The notes: a model not told the origin generated them from the letters alone. Counted from the first letter of the stretch, positions 23,052-32,535 are shown. The stretch: 64,000 nucleotides of DNA from a candidate division FCPU426 bacterium (GCA_963840035.1 CAWIXE010000002.1:288001-352000); one strand, 5' to 3'. A program made the numbers and translations.

Positions 23052-24519
23052 GGTTTTTTTTTATAAAACAAACAAAGACATAAAATTCATCCTGATAAAT
23101 ATGGCTGTGCTGGTGGTGATAACCATCGCGCTTTATTTTATCGGGAGGGGTTTAAGCTCCGTTGTCCCGTATTCCTTCGCGATCATACTCCTTTTTTATT
23201 CATTTTATTCCATGGGCCGCGAAGGCGGTGTTTCATATGCTTTTGTTTTCGGGGTCATGCTGGCGGTGATGATATTCTCGCCGGCTGTTTTTGACAGGAC
23301 ATCATGCCTGATCATATTTTGCATATCGGCCAGCCTGCTGGCGCATTTTTCCGGCATGATCAAGTGGATGGATGAGGCGGAAGTCAAGAACATTGACAGC
23401 GAATCCAAGGTGGAGGGCGAAACCGTCACGGCCAATGAAAAACTGGCCAAGCTGCGCGGGGTCTTAACGGCGCGCCGGACAACGCTTGAGAAGTACAGGG
23501 TATTAAACAAGATCGCGGAACAGTTAATGCGCACCCTGGATAAAAAGGAAATCTTAAGCATCATCAGCGGTTCCATATCCAGCATGATAGGCAACAAACC
23601 GGTAAAGTGCATGCTCCTGGTCAAGGATGAGCAGACTGATGTTTTTTACCCGGCTGTGGAAGAACAAAAAGAGGAAAAACTGGTGAAGAACGCCATTTCG
23701 ATATATAAGAAGGATCCGTTTGACGAATGGATCATAAAGAATAAATTCACCCTTTTCATAAAAGACCTGGACGACGACCTGCGTTTCAGGAATTTGCGGA
23801 AGGACTGGATAGCCTTCAAGTCGCTTATCGCCATGCCGCTTTTTGAAAATAAGAAACTCATAGGCATACTTAAATTTTACTCGGGGGAACCCGATGTGTT
23901 CGGGATCGAGGACGTAAGGCTTTTAAACTACCTGGGAGACAATTGCGCGACCGCGCTGGAAAATTCAATGCTTTACCAGAAAACAAACGACCTTGCCATC
24001 CGGGACGGCCTCACGGGGCTTTTCATACGCAGGCATTTTATTGAAAAACTTGACGAGGAAATGCGCAGGGTAAAGCACGCGGAAACTCCGGCTGAAAGCC
24101 TGACTTTCTCATACCTTATGATAGACATTGACCATTTCAAGAACTGCAATGATACTTTCGGGCATCAGTTCGGAGACAAGGTCTTAAAAACCCTCGGCGG
24201 GTTCTTAATTGACGACCTGCGCGAGATAGACATGACCGGCAGGTACGGAGGGGAAGAGTTTGCCGTCATACTGCCCAATACGAACTTAAACGGCGCGAAG
24301 TTCGTGGCCAACAGGCTGCGCGAGAACTTCTCAAAAATGATATTTCAGCCTGATGACAAGCACGGCATAAAGCTTACGCTCTCCATCGGCGGCATTGAAT
24401 TTAAAAAAGAGATAAAGCTTACAGAACTCATAAATAAAGCCGACAAGGCCCTGTACCATTCGAAAGAAAACGGCAGGAACATGGTCACTTTCTGGGAGGA
24501 CATATCAGATGAAAGGTAA
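23029..24519 (+). CDS. Membrane-bound GAF-GGDEF diguanylate cyclase
   Basis: N-terminal TM helices, GAF, REID I-site, RYGGEEF. Confidence 0.92.
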   Translation: MKIKADPEVFFYKTNKDIKFILINMAVLVVITIALYFIGRGLSSVVPYSFAIILLFYSFYSMGREGGVSYAFVFGVMLAVMIFSPAVFDRTSCLIIFCISASLLAHFSGMIKWMDEAEVKNIDSESKVEGETVTANEKLAKLRGVLTARRTTLEKYRVLNKIAEQLMRTLDKKEILSIISGSISSMIGNKPVKCMLLVKDEQTDVFYPAVEEQKEEKLVKNAISIYKKDPFDEWIIKNKFTLFIKDLDDDLRFRNLRKDWIAFKSLIAMPLFENKKLIGILKFYSGEPDVFGIEDVRLLNYLGDNCATALENSMLYQKTNDLAIRDGLTGLFIRRHFIEKLDEEMRRVKHAETPAESLTFSYLMIDIDHFKNCNDTFGHQFGDKVLKTLGGFLIDDLREIDMTGRYGGEEFAVILPNTNLNGAKFVANRLRENFSKMIFQPDDKHGIKLTLSIGGIEFKKEIKLTELINKADKALYHSKENGRNMVTFWEDISDER

Positions 24520-25925
24520 AGGCGCGCTTTTCACGGCCGGTTACGCGGCGGCCATCATTGCCTGCTTTTTACTGGGCTTCTGGCTGAAGTCCCCCGGCCA
24601 TAATTTCTTCCCGGCCGCGCTTTGCATGATGCAGCTTGCCGTGGCCAGGCTTTTTGGGCCAAAGCCGCAGAAAGCCGCGTTTGGAATCAACGCGGCGGCG
24701 GCGGTTGCCATGCTGTTTCCAGCGGCTGTAATTGACATATGGGTATTGCTGAGTTCCCTGGCTATTTTTACTGCTGCGTATTTTTTCAGCATTATATTTT
24801 CCAGGCATAAGCAGAAACTTGACGAACAGGAAGCTGTAATAAAGGTAAAATCATCGGGCCTTAGGGGGCAAAAAGACGCCGAGATGGAGGCCATGGAAAA
24901 GGAAGACGACGAGATGGAGAGGGAGCAGAAAGACATCAGGTCCCTTTACGACGCCAATAAGGAATTTTCCACAACCTTAAATACAACGCAGTGCATGGAA
25001 AAGCTCAATGAAATACTTAAAAAAATACTAAAAAACAATTTCGGGATATCGCTCGACGATATTTTCTATATAATCGCCTATAAAAAGGATTCGGAGTTTA
25101 TCATCGCGCAGTCCCACGGCTATGACGAGGAATCGCTCAAGGAAAAGGAAAAGGCGTATATTTCAAAAATTATGAAGTCCGTGCCCAAAACCCAGGAGGT
25201 ATTGTACATACCCGATACGGCAAAATCAGGGCAGGACGAAACAGCAGTTTTTAACAAGTCCATGATGTATGTCCCTTTTTACGCCGAGAAGAAGATCATA
25301 GGCGTGCTCATGCTTCTCAAGCAATAAGGCGAACATATTCAACTCAAAACAGGTGGAGTCGATGAAATTCCTGACCAATCAGATCGCCCTCTCGCTAGAA
25401 AAAGCCAGGCTCTACGAGGAGGTTGAAAAACTTTCCGAGACTGACAGCTTAACAGGGCTTTTTGTCCACAGGCTTTTTCAGGAGAAGCTTGAGAATGAAA
25501 TAAAAAGGACCGAGAGGTACGGCGGCAGCCTTGCCCTCGTGCTTGGCGACATAGACCACTTTAAGCTCATTAACGACACATACGGGCACTTAGCCGGCGA
25601 CTATATCCTTAAGACCATAGCCATCATATTGAAGAACCATACCACACAGGTGGATACCGTGGCGCGTTACGGCGGCGAGGAATTTGTGATAATCTTTCCG
25701 GAGAACGACAAGGAAAAAGGCCATGCCAAGGCGGTAAAGATAAGGAAAGAGATAGAGAAGTACCCGTTCAAATACAAGGACGTGCAGATAAAAATCACCA
25801 TGTCCATGGGTGTTTCCTCATATCCCGTGGACGCGAAAGACAGGCGTTCGCTTATAGAAAAGGCGGACAAGGCATTATATAAGGCGAAGGATGAGGGAAG
25901 GAACAGGGTTATAAGGGCAGAATAG
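24509..25925 (+). CDS. Membrane-bound GAF-GGDEF diguanylate cyclase split by one +1 insertion near 25315
   Basis: Removing one base from atgcttctcaagcaataag gives GVLMLSSNKANIFNSKQVESMKF, completing the GAF and joining ORF 25353-25925 (RYGGEEF). Confidence 0.85.
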
Positions 25926-25928
25926 GCG

Positions 25929-25958
25929 GAGATAAGAGACAGGAGACAAAAGACAGAA
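25929..25958. repeat. Heptamer arm GAGACAR x4
   Basis: gagataa gagacag gagacaa aagacag. Confidence 0.75.
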
Positions 25959-25964
25959 GTGTGT

Positions 25965-26108
25965 TGTCATTGCGAGGAGGCGCAGTTGTTCCTCGCCGAC
26001 GAAGTCCTTCGACAAACTCAGGATAGTGAGTATGTCGAACTACAATCTTGCAGTGTTAAGCGGGATTGCTTCGTCGCCATAAAACAAATACGGTTCCCCG
26101 CAATGACA
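25965..26108. repeat. TGTCATTGCG...CGCAATGACA palindromic element with nested 38-nt insert (26005-26042)
   Basis: Aligns with uninterrupted copy 57237-57351; GAAG|CAATC is split by tccttcgacaaactcaggatagtgagtatgtcgaacta. Confidence 0.85.
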
Positions 26109-26123
26109 AACAGTATGTATGCT

Positions 26124-26158
26124 GGAATTGTAAATAGTAAATTTTAAATAGTAAATTG
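26124..26158. repeat. Heptamer arm TAAATWK x5
   Basis: ggaattg taaatag taaattt taaatag taaattg. Confidence 0.65.
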
Positions 26159-26166
26159 GAGTACTG

Positions 26167-26763
26167 ATGGACCGCGATACTGAAAAAAGGATCGTTGAAG
26201 AGTCGAGGAAAAACCCCGGGGCTTTCGGAAAAATATTCGAGGAATACTATCCGGCCATATACCGGTATGCCCTTCACAGGATGGGCAATGTCGACGCGGC
26301 AAATGACGTAGCCGCGGAGGTTTTCTTTAAGGCCCTTAATAAGCTCTCGGGTTTCAAATGGGCGGGTGTGCCGTTTTCGGCATGGCTCTACCGGATAGCG
26401 GGAAACGAGATTATAGATTATTACAGGGGGCGAAAGCACGAGCCTGATTCGTATGACGCGTACGAAACCGAGTTCAACGTGCTTGATAAAAACGCCCAGG
26501 CTAATATAGAAAAGGAAATGCTTGAAGCCCAGGAAGAAGTTGAAAAAAACGGAAAATTTATTGAAGCCAGGGAAGCGTTGAAAACGCTTCCGGCGAAATA
26601 CCAGGAAGTACTAACCTTAAGGTTTATTGAGGACAGGAAAATACTTGAGATTTGTGCCATCCTTGGCAAGGGTGAGGGCACGGTAAAATCCCTTATTTCA
26701 CGGGGTGTTTCCAGGTTAAAGGAATATTTTGAGGCAAAAAAACGCAACCTTCACGTGAAATAG
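26167..26763 (+). CDS. ECF RNA polymerase sigma factor (ECF-1)
   Basis: Region 2 (ANDVAAEVF, FSAWLYRIAGN) and region 4 (EICAILGKGEGTVKSLISRG). Confidence 0.95.
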   Translation: MDRDTEKRIVEESRKNPGAFGKIFEEYYPAIYRYALHRMGNVDAANDVAAEVFFKALNKLSGFKWAGVPFSAWLYRIAGNEIIDYYRGRKHEPDSYDAYETEFNVLDKNAQANIEKEMLEAQEEVEKNGKFIEAREALKTLPAKYQEVLTLRFIEDRKILEICAILGKGEGTVKSLISRGVSRLKEYFEAKKRNLHVK

Positions 26764-26769
26764 GCGTTA
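26744..26769 (+). promoter_or_regulatory. ECF-1 promoter candidate before the anti-sigma gene
   Basis: GCAACC-N15-CGTTA (TATCAGT). Confidence 0.7.
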
Positions 26770-26787
26770 TATCAGTGAAGGCGAAAG

Positions 26788-27627
26788 GTGGCAATTAAAA
26801 TGGATGAAAAAGACGTAATACAAAAGCTTACACAGGCAGGGATAAAAGGCGCTGAAACACCGCTGCGCAGGGATGCCATTAAAAGGGCCCTTATGGCAAA
26901 AGCGGCTGAAAAAACGCGCGTAAAAAACCCTATATTTTCAAAGCTGGTGCCGTCAGTGGCGCTTGCTTTCGCGTTTGCCGCTGTGACATACTTTGTAGTT
27001 GATAATATGAATGAGGGCTCAAAGTTTAATACGCGCGGCGGGGTATGGTCCACATACACCGATTCCCATGAAGGCGGGAATTCGCAGGTATGGCCGCCGG
27101 AGTCGGACAGCACCAAAAATGATTTTGTCATGTCGCAGCCGGGTTACGGCGGGACAGGTTATGCCGTAAGGGTAACAGGCACCACCGGCAACGCGCTCGG
27201 CCTTAATTATAACTACTTCGGGTTTGTCGTGCGTTTTGACGAGAAGTCACAGTGCCCGACGTGCCAGGGTACGGACATAAAAAAGTATTCCGGCATCAGG
27301 TTTAAGATAAAAGGAACGCTTCCTGCTGGTCAGCTGATGTTTGTGCTGCCGCACGAGTCCAATAATTGCATCAGGGAAAGGCTCACGTGCAAGAGCCTGA
27401 CAGACTACGCGGATTATGAGGAAGACATTACAAAGCATGTTACACGGGAGTGGACAACTGTAATGATTAATTTCAGGCTCGACTTAAAGCAGCCTTTTTG
27501 GGTAAGCGGCGAAAATAAGGTGGACGTGGATAAGGTCCTTGAGAATGTCCATCTGTTCAAGTGGCAGTATAAGAACGGAAACGGCAAGCCGGTTGAGATA
27601 TGGATCGATGATGTGGAGTTGTTTTAA
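26788..27627 (+). CDS. Single-TM putative anti-sigma factor with extracytoplasmic CBM11/CIA30-like domain
   Basis: Short basic N-domain, one TM, then GGVWSTYTD...VWP...FVMSQPG...YSGIRFKIKG...IWIDDVELF, alignable by eye to modules in the GH8 proteins. Confidence 0.8.
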   Translation: MAIKMDEKDVIQKLTQAGIKGAETPLRRDAIKRALMAKAAEKTRVKNPIFSKLVPSVALAFAFAAVTYFVVDNMNEGSKFNTRGGVWSTYTDSHEGGNSQVWPPESDSTKNDFVMSQPGYGGTGYAVRVTGTTGNALGLNYNYFGFVVRFDEKSQCPTCQGTDIKKYSGIRFKIKGTLPAGQLMFVLPHESNNCIRERLTCKSLTDYADYEEDITKHVTREWTTVMINFRLDLKQPFWVSGENKVDVDKVLENVHLFKWQYKNGNGKPVEIWIDDVELF

Positions 27628-27641
27628 CGTTGAGGGATGGC

Positions 27642-27825
27642 GAGACAAGAGATAGGAGACAAAAGTAAGGCGGAGTCGTACTTCTGTCCGGCGGAGTTTT
27701 ACTACTGTCTCCAGTCTCTTGTCTCGTCTTTACTCGAGTAAAGACATTTTGCTGAGGGAAAACGAGACAGGAGATAGGAGACAGAAGTAAGACGGCAGCA
27801 GTTTTACTCCAGTCTCTTGTCTCGC
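27642..27825. repeat. Two consecutive GAGACAR heptamer hairpins
   Basis: gagacaagagataggagacaaaagtaa ... ttactactgtctccagtctcttgtctc, occurring twice with variation. Confidence 0.85.
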
Positions 27826-27846
27826 ATTTACTCAAACTAAGATACT

Positions 27847-27872
27847 GCAACCCGCGAGATTAAGGAACGTTA
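27847..27872 (+). promoter_or_regulatory. ECF-1 promoter candidate before the glycoside hydrolase
   Basis: GCAACC-N15-CGTTA (AGTAAGT). Confidence 0.7.
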
Positions 27873-27915
27873 AGTAAGTAGATGATTGATAAAAAACTAC
27901 GAAGGAGGGATTACA

Positions 27916-30213
27916 ATGAAAAAACTTTTGAAGTTGTTGCTGATGTTGGTTGTAATGCTTGCCATCGTCCTGCCGGCATTTGCCGAGGGCGAAGACATAG
28001 CGGCAAAGCACAGGGTAAAGTTGTGGACATTTGAATCAGGCACGACCGAAGGCTGGCACGGTGTGGCCAAGTGGGCCAGCATCTGCACGGTTAACAAAAA
28101 CCCGGAATATGTAACAGAAGGCAAGAATTCATTAAAGGTCGACCTTACTGGATCCAAGGACTGGAACCAGGAAGTCATGGTAAACAGCGGGCCGTTCGAC
28201 CCGAACGTGACAAAGTTAGTCGAACTTTCATTTGACTGCATAGTTCCTGAAGCGTCCGTAAAAGGGCTGGAATTCCAGGAAATATACATGGTCGTATCGA
28301 GCAAGTCAAATGCCTGGTACCAGTTAAAGAGCCCTCTGCTTGCGGGCACGAACAAGATTGTCTTTAAGATCGACAACGCCAAGATGAACGCTGATGTATG
28401 GAATATTTACCTGGTTACAAACAATACACAGCCGTTCAAAGGGCCGATTTACATAGACAACATGATCGGAAGGATCATGGGCACACCCGGAACCATTGAG
28501 GGAAAAATAACGGACAAAGATACGGGCTCGGCAGTCGCGGGCGCAAGGGTTGTTGTAGGCGATAAGCTTGTTGTAACAGACGCGTCCGGCGCATTCACCA
28601 TGACAGTGCCGGAGGATGTTTATAAACTCGTTGTAGTATCATTTGGATACAAGGATTATTCCACTGAAGTGACGGTCCTGGCAAATAAGACAAAGTCCAT
28701 GGGCTCGATCGCGACATTCAAGAAAAAAGACCCGACAAAGAAAGCCGTAACCATCAACATAGACCCGGCAAAGGTCATACGCACCATAGACCAGCATAAG
28801 ATGTACGGCCAGAACATAGCTGCCTGGCACAAGCCTGAAGGTTACAGGGACAATGTGGCCCTTGGAAAACTCCAGAAGATCGGCGCCACATTTTACAGGC
28901 TTCCCGGCGGCGATTACGGCAACCTATACGACTGGAAGACCGGAGATGTTTACAAATACGACGGCACAAAGAACTGGGTGCCGGAGCTTAACTATATGGG
29001 CGGCATGGCCCCGTTCTTAATCAGGATGAACACGCAGTTTTTCCCGGGACAGGTTGAGGCGCTTCCTATAATAAACATCCTCACACCCGCGGGCAAGACC
29101 ATAGCGCAGAGGCTTGATTACGGCGTTGAATGGCTCCAGGACATGAAGAATAAGGGCATAAAGTACCGTTACGTCGAAATAGGCAACGAGCTTGACAACA
29201 AACCGGACGTACCCGGCCCGAAAAAAGCAAAAGAAGGGCAGAAGTGGTATGACGCCCCCACGGACATGAAGAACAAGATGTGGTGGACGCAGGTTGCCAA
29301 CTACTCAAAAGTATTCAACCTGGCGGCTTACAAGATCAAGACATTTGACAGGTCGCTTAAGATCATGGGCCCGGTACCGATGCAGCCCATGAATAAGGAA
29401 AGAAAAGAAGGCGAACCATGGAAAGCGGAAGGAACGGAAGCGCCGTACTGGGTGGAAAAGTTCCTGAAACTCTCCGGCGATTATGTTGACACGCTGGCCA
29501 TTCACGAATATCCGTTTTGGGCCAATAACGACGCCAGGTTGCTTCTCACGAAACCGCAGACCACATGGCCGGTATACATGCCCAAATACAGGGCATGGAT
29601 AAAGAAGTATATTACGTCAAAGTACCCGAACAAATACGTGGAAGTAGCCCTTACGGAATGGAATTCCGGCGATGAAAATGTCATGACAGCCATGATAGAG
29701 AACGCGCTCTTTTGCGCGGATTATCTCGGCTCGTTCATGAAGGTCGGCGGAGACATGGCGTTTGTGTGGGACATATACACGCAGAAGCCGGGCACCGGCG
29801 GCGGACACGGGCTGCTTGACGAGGAAAATGACCCGACCAGCAAGTTCTCTGAGAGGTCGCATTACTGGGTATTTGACATGTACTATAACAGGTTCGGCAA
29901 AACCATGGTGGAATGCACATCCTCGAGCCCGGACCTGTCGGTATACGCGGCAAAGGTTGATGACGGCACAGTATCAATAATGGCCATCAATAAGACAAAG
30001 CTCGCCATATCGAGCGCCAAGATAAACATCAAAGGAACACCGGTATCAGGCTCAGGCAAGGCATGGCAGTTATCCGAAAAGGAATACGTATGGTCCAAGG
30101 AACTCTTCAGGCCGATAGTAAACTCCGGCCCGACAGAACTTAACGTAAACCTCGGAAACGGCACCTATGACTTCCCGCCGTATTCCGTAACGGTACTGCA
30201 GGTTAAAATATAA
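27916..30213 (+). CDS. Secreted clan GH-A glycoside hydrolase (GH44/GH39/GH51-like) with N-terminal CBM-like and carboxypeptidase-regulatory-like domains
   Basis: Signal peptide; RLPGG, EIGNEL (acid/base), IHEYP, ALTEWN (nucleophile), PPYSVTVL tail; no CTD. Confidence 0.8.
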   Translation: MKKLLKLLLMLVVMLAIVLPAFAEGEDIAAKHRVKLWTFESGTTEGWHGVAKWASICTVNKNPEYVTEGKNSLKVDLTGSKDWNQEVMVNSGPFDPNVTKLVELSFDCIVPEASVKGLEFQEIYMVVSSKSNAWYQLKSPLLAGTNKIVFKIDNAKMNADVWNIYLVTNNTQPFKGPIYIDNMIGRIMGTPGTIEGKITDKDTGSAVAGARVVVGDKLVVTDASGAFTMTVPEDVYKLVVVSFGYKDYSTEVTVLANKTKSMGSIATFKKKDPTKKAVTINIDPAKVIRTIDQHKMYGQNIAAWHKPEGYRDNVALGKLQKIGATFYRLPGGDYGNLYDWKTGDVYKYDGTKNWVPELNYMGGMAPFLIRMNTQFFPGQVEALPIINILTPAGKTIAQRLDYGVEWLQDMKNKGIKYRYVEIGNELDNKPDVPGPKKAKEGQKWYDAPTDMKNKMWWTQVANYSKVFNLAAYKIKTFDRSLKIMGPVPMQPMNKERKEGEPWKAEGTEAPYWVEKFLKLSGDYVDTLAIHEYPFWANNDARLLLTKPQTTWPVYMPKYRAWIKKYITSKYPNKYVEVALTEWNSGDENVMTAMIENALFCADYLGSFMKVGGDMAFVWDIYTQKPGTGGGHGLLDEENDPTSKFSERSHYWVFDMYYNRFGKTMVECTSSSPDLSVYAAKVDDGTVSIMAINKTKLAISSAKINIKGTPVSGSGKAWQLSEKEYVWSKELFRPIVNSGPTELNVNLGNGTYDFPPYSVTVLQVKI

Positions 30214-30242
30214 TTACCAAATAATAATTACAAATTACGAAT
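30212..30242. repeat. Degenerate AATTACN heptamer arm
   Basis: aattacc aaataat aattaca aattacg aat; same family as 6255. Confidence 0.55.
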
Positions 30243-30247
30243 GAAGC

Positions 30248-30280
30248 AAGGGCGGCTGGAAACAGCCGCCCTTTTTGTTT
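30248..30280 (+). terminator. Intrinsic terminator
   Basis: aagggcggctg gaaa cagccgccctttttgttt. Confidence 0.9.
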
Positions 30281-30320
30281 TGTTTTCAGCATTATCGTTC
30301 TTTTTGTAAAGATTTGTTCT

Positions 30321-30391
30321 CGTAGGGGCGAGCCGGTGGCTCGCCCGGGTTTAGAACTAAAGGCAGGGCGAGCCACCGGCTCGCCCCTACG
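30321..30391. repeat. REPIN-like inverted doublet, family B
   Basis: cGTAGGGGCGAGCCGGTGGCTCGCCC ... GGGCGAGCCACCGGCTCGCCCCTACg, perfect inverted pair. Confidence 0.9.
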
Positions 30392-30458
30392 AAGGGCCTG
30401 TAAAACACACAGTAAATACGCAGTTAAAAATAAAAAGCTACGCGATTTTAATCACGCC

Positions 30459-30513
30459 TTGACTTTTTATATTTCCTGTGTGATACTCTATATGTATTAC
30501 AAATGCATTACAT
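30459..30513 (+). promoter_or_regulatory. TA operon promoter and probable antitoxin operator
   Basis: TTGACT-17-GATACT followed by ATGTATTACAA ATGCATTACAT (two pseudo-palindromes). Confidence 0.6.
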
Positions 30514-30529
30514 TTAGGAGGTTTTACCC

Positions 30530-30781
30530 ATGCGTTTCGCTAATATCAGGGAATTAAAGCTTGAGACCAATAAGGTCATGGAAGATGCCGTAAGTTATGG
30601 GTCTATTGTGGTTACTCAGAAGGGTAAGCCTATCGCTTTGATACGCCCCATTAACGAGAATGATATTTCCATCAAAGCAGGCGGGTTGTGGGGGCGGCTC
30701 CGGGATTCCGCTGAAAGGCAGGGGTTCGGGGTTGGGGATGTTGAGGGTGTAATTAAAAAGTCCAGGCATAAGAAGAAATGA
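30530..30781 (+). CDS. Phd/YefM family antitoxin
   Basis: NIRELK...IVVTQKGKPIALIRPI; ATGA overlap with the toxin. Confidence 0.85.
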   Translation: MRFANIRELKLETNKVMEDAVSYGSIVVTQKGKPIALIRPINENDISIKAGGLWGRLRDSAERQGFGVGDVEGVIKKSRHKKK

Positions 30782-31194
30782 AAGTAAAACCTTTAGTTGT
30801 TATTGATACCAATGTCCTGATTTCCAGCCTTTGGGGCGGTAATCCGGGGAAGGTTATTGAGCTGTGGGATAAGAACAGGTTTACCGCGCTTATCAGCAGG
30901 GAAATACTGGACGAATACCTTGATGTCTTAAGCAGGTTTAAAGCCGCGGATGAGGATATAGAGCAGTTCATAATGCTTTTCATGAGCAGGGAAAAGGCCG
31001 CCATAGTTAAAACACATGCCAAATTATCAATAATAAAAAACGACCCGGCTGACAACAAATTCATCGAATGCGCGGTGTACGGGAAGGCGAATTATATAAT
31101 AAGCGGGGATAAGCATTTATTGGGGCTGGGGAAGTATAATAAGATTAAAATAATGACGCCTGCGGAGTTTTTGGCGGAAATTAAGGGTTTGTAG
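30778..31194 (+). CDS. PIN-domain toxin (VapC-like)
   Basis: VIDTNVLIS, DPADNKFIECA, IISGDKHLL. Confidence 0.92.
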   Translation: MKVKPLVVIDTNVLISSLWGGNPGKVIELWDKNRFTALISREILDEYLDVLSRFKAADEDIEQFIMLFMSREKAAIVKTHAKLSIIKNDPADNKFIECAVYGKANYIISGDKHLLGLGKYNKIKIMTPAEFLAEIKGL

Positions 31195-31280
31195 CGGGCG
31201 GATATCATCCGCCCGGCAAAGCTGGGGTTTGATTTCAGGCAAAACAAAACCGCAGGCGCATGATATGCGCCCGTTACAAA
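31188..31280. repeat. REPIN-like inverted doublet supplying the toxin stop codon
   Basis: tttGTAGCGGGCGGAT atc ATCCGCCCG ... GGCGCATGATATGCGCCCGTTACaaa. Confidence 0.8.
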
Positions 31281-31399
31281 AGGCTTACCGACATGATTGA
31301 AAATACCCGTTTTATCTGCTATATATAATGTAGATACCCTAAAACCATCATCCATCAACTGCCTTAAATAAGGGCTCTCATAACATCCGCGCTCTTATC

Positions 31400-32344
31400 A
31401 TGCCCGGAAGGGATTATTTGATGTTGAACATGGGACGGCTGCCCGGCATACATCCTCTGGAGAGGACGCTGGCAGGGATACAGAGCATAATGAAATCCAT
31501 GACCTTTGATACAAAAGAGAAGGAAATGGAGTTCAGGAATGAACTCATCAGCAAGGGAATACCTGAAACAGACAGGCCCATGACGCCCGCGGAGACAGCC
31601 CAGGAACTGATATATGAGGCAAACGAGCGGGAGGATGTGTGGGACAGGGTGCTTCTCGCTTATGAGGCGCTCAGCGTTTACCCGGATTGCGCCGACGCGC
31701 TAAACCTGCTTGCGCTGGAAAAATCAAAAAACAAGCAGGAGGAACTTGAGTTTTATTTGAAGGCTGAGGAAGCCGGGCTCAGGACGCTCGGCGGGGATTT
31801 TATCACGGAGCATAAAGGGGCGCTGTGGGAAGCCACAGAAGCGCGGCCCTATTTGCGGGCCATGGAAGGGACGGCTAACGCGCTTTGGCGCAACGGCAGG
31901 AAACATGAAGCCATGGCAAAGTGCAGGGAAATGCTGGAATTAAACGCGGCGGATAACCAGGGCATAAGGTATACCCTCATGAGTTTCCTTTCCGAGGAAA
32001 GGAAATATCATGATCTGGAAATATTCCTGAAAAACCCCATATTCAGCGACGAGTCCGGCGTGGAATGGTATTATATGAGGGCCCTTGTTTCCTACGCCAT
32101 GCATGGGGAGACAAACGGTTCAAGGAAATACGCTGAGGAAGCCATCCGCAGGAACCCTCATGTGATTAAGTATATTGCCGGTTTCTCCAAGATGCCGGAC
32201 GACCTTCCGGATAAGTACACCCCGAAAAGCGAGGAAGAAGCGGTCATATACGCGGCAAATAATATTTCCGCGTGGTTCAAGGTCGATAACGCCTTTGAGT
32301 GGCTGGTGGATACCGCAACTGAAGTGCTGGGCCATTTAAAATAA
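31400..32344 (+). CDS. Conserved hypothetical TPR-like helical protein
   Basis: 314 aa; PDCADA, RPYLRA, LELNAADNQGIRY; start codon uncertain. Confidence 0.75.
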   Translation: MPGRDYLMLNMGRLPGIHPLERTLAGIQSIMKSMTFDTKEKEMEFRNELISKGIPETDRPMTPAETAQELIYEANEREDVWDRVLLAYEALSVYPDCADALNLLALEKSKNKQEELEFYLKAEEAGLRTLGGDFITEHKGALWEATEARPYLRAMEGTANALWRNGRKHEAMAKCREMLELNAADNQGIRYTLMSFLSEERKYHDLEIFLKNPIFSDESGVEWYYMRALVSYAMHGETNGSRKYAEEAIRRNPHVIKYIAGFSKMPDDLPDKYTPKSEEEAVIYAANNISAWFKVDNAFEWLVDTATEVLGHLK

Positions 32345-32366
32345 AATATCAGCATACATTGGTATT

Positions 32367-32460
32367 CCTTAACCCTTACCCTCAGCCTTTGGAACTGTAT
32401 TTATGCCAGCATACACTTAATAATAAAGTCCAAATTCTAAGGGTGAGGGTTAAGGTTAAG
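32367..32460. repeat. Hexamer-type hairpin element (CCTTAA/CCTCAG ... TGAGGG/TTAAGG)
   Basis: ccttaacccttaccctcagcctt ... aagggtgagggttaaggttaag. Confidence 0.65.
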
Positions 32461-32507
32461 TGTAAAGGAAAAGCAAAACCGTATCGTTTATTTCGTCTTA
32501 AAATCCA

Positions 32508-32535
32508 TTGACTTTCCCCCCAGTTTTATTATAAT
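32508..32535 (+). promoter_or_regulatory. sigma70 promoter of the polyamine operon
   Basis: TTGACT-16-TATAAT. Confidence 0.65.

Noticed and set aside
25959..26147. 62-aa ORF MCCHCEE... (and 53432-53635, 30336-30557, 561-767)
   Set aside because: Largely translations of palindromic repeat elements
27642..27825. Repeat cluster as CRISPR or ncRNA gene
   Set aside because: Explained by two GAGACAR heptamer hairpins; no repeat-spacer periodicity
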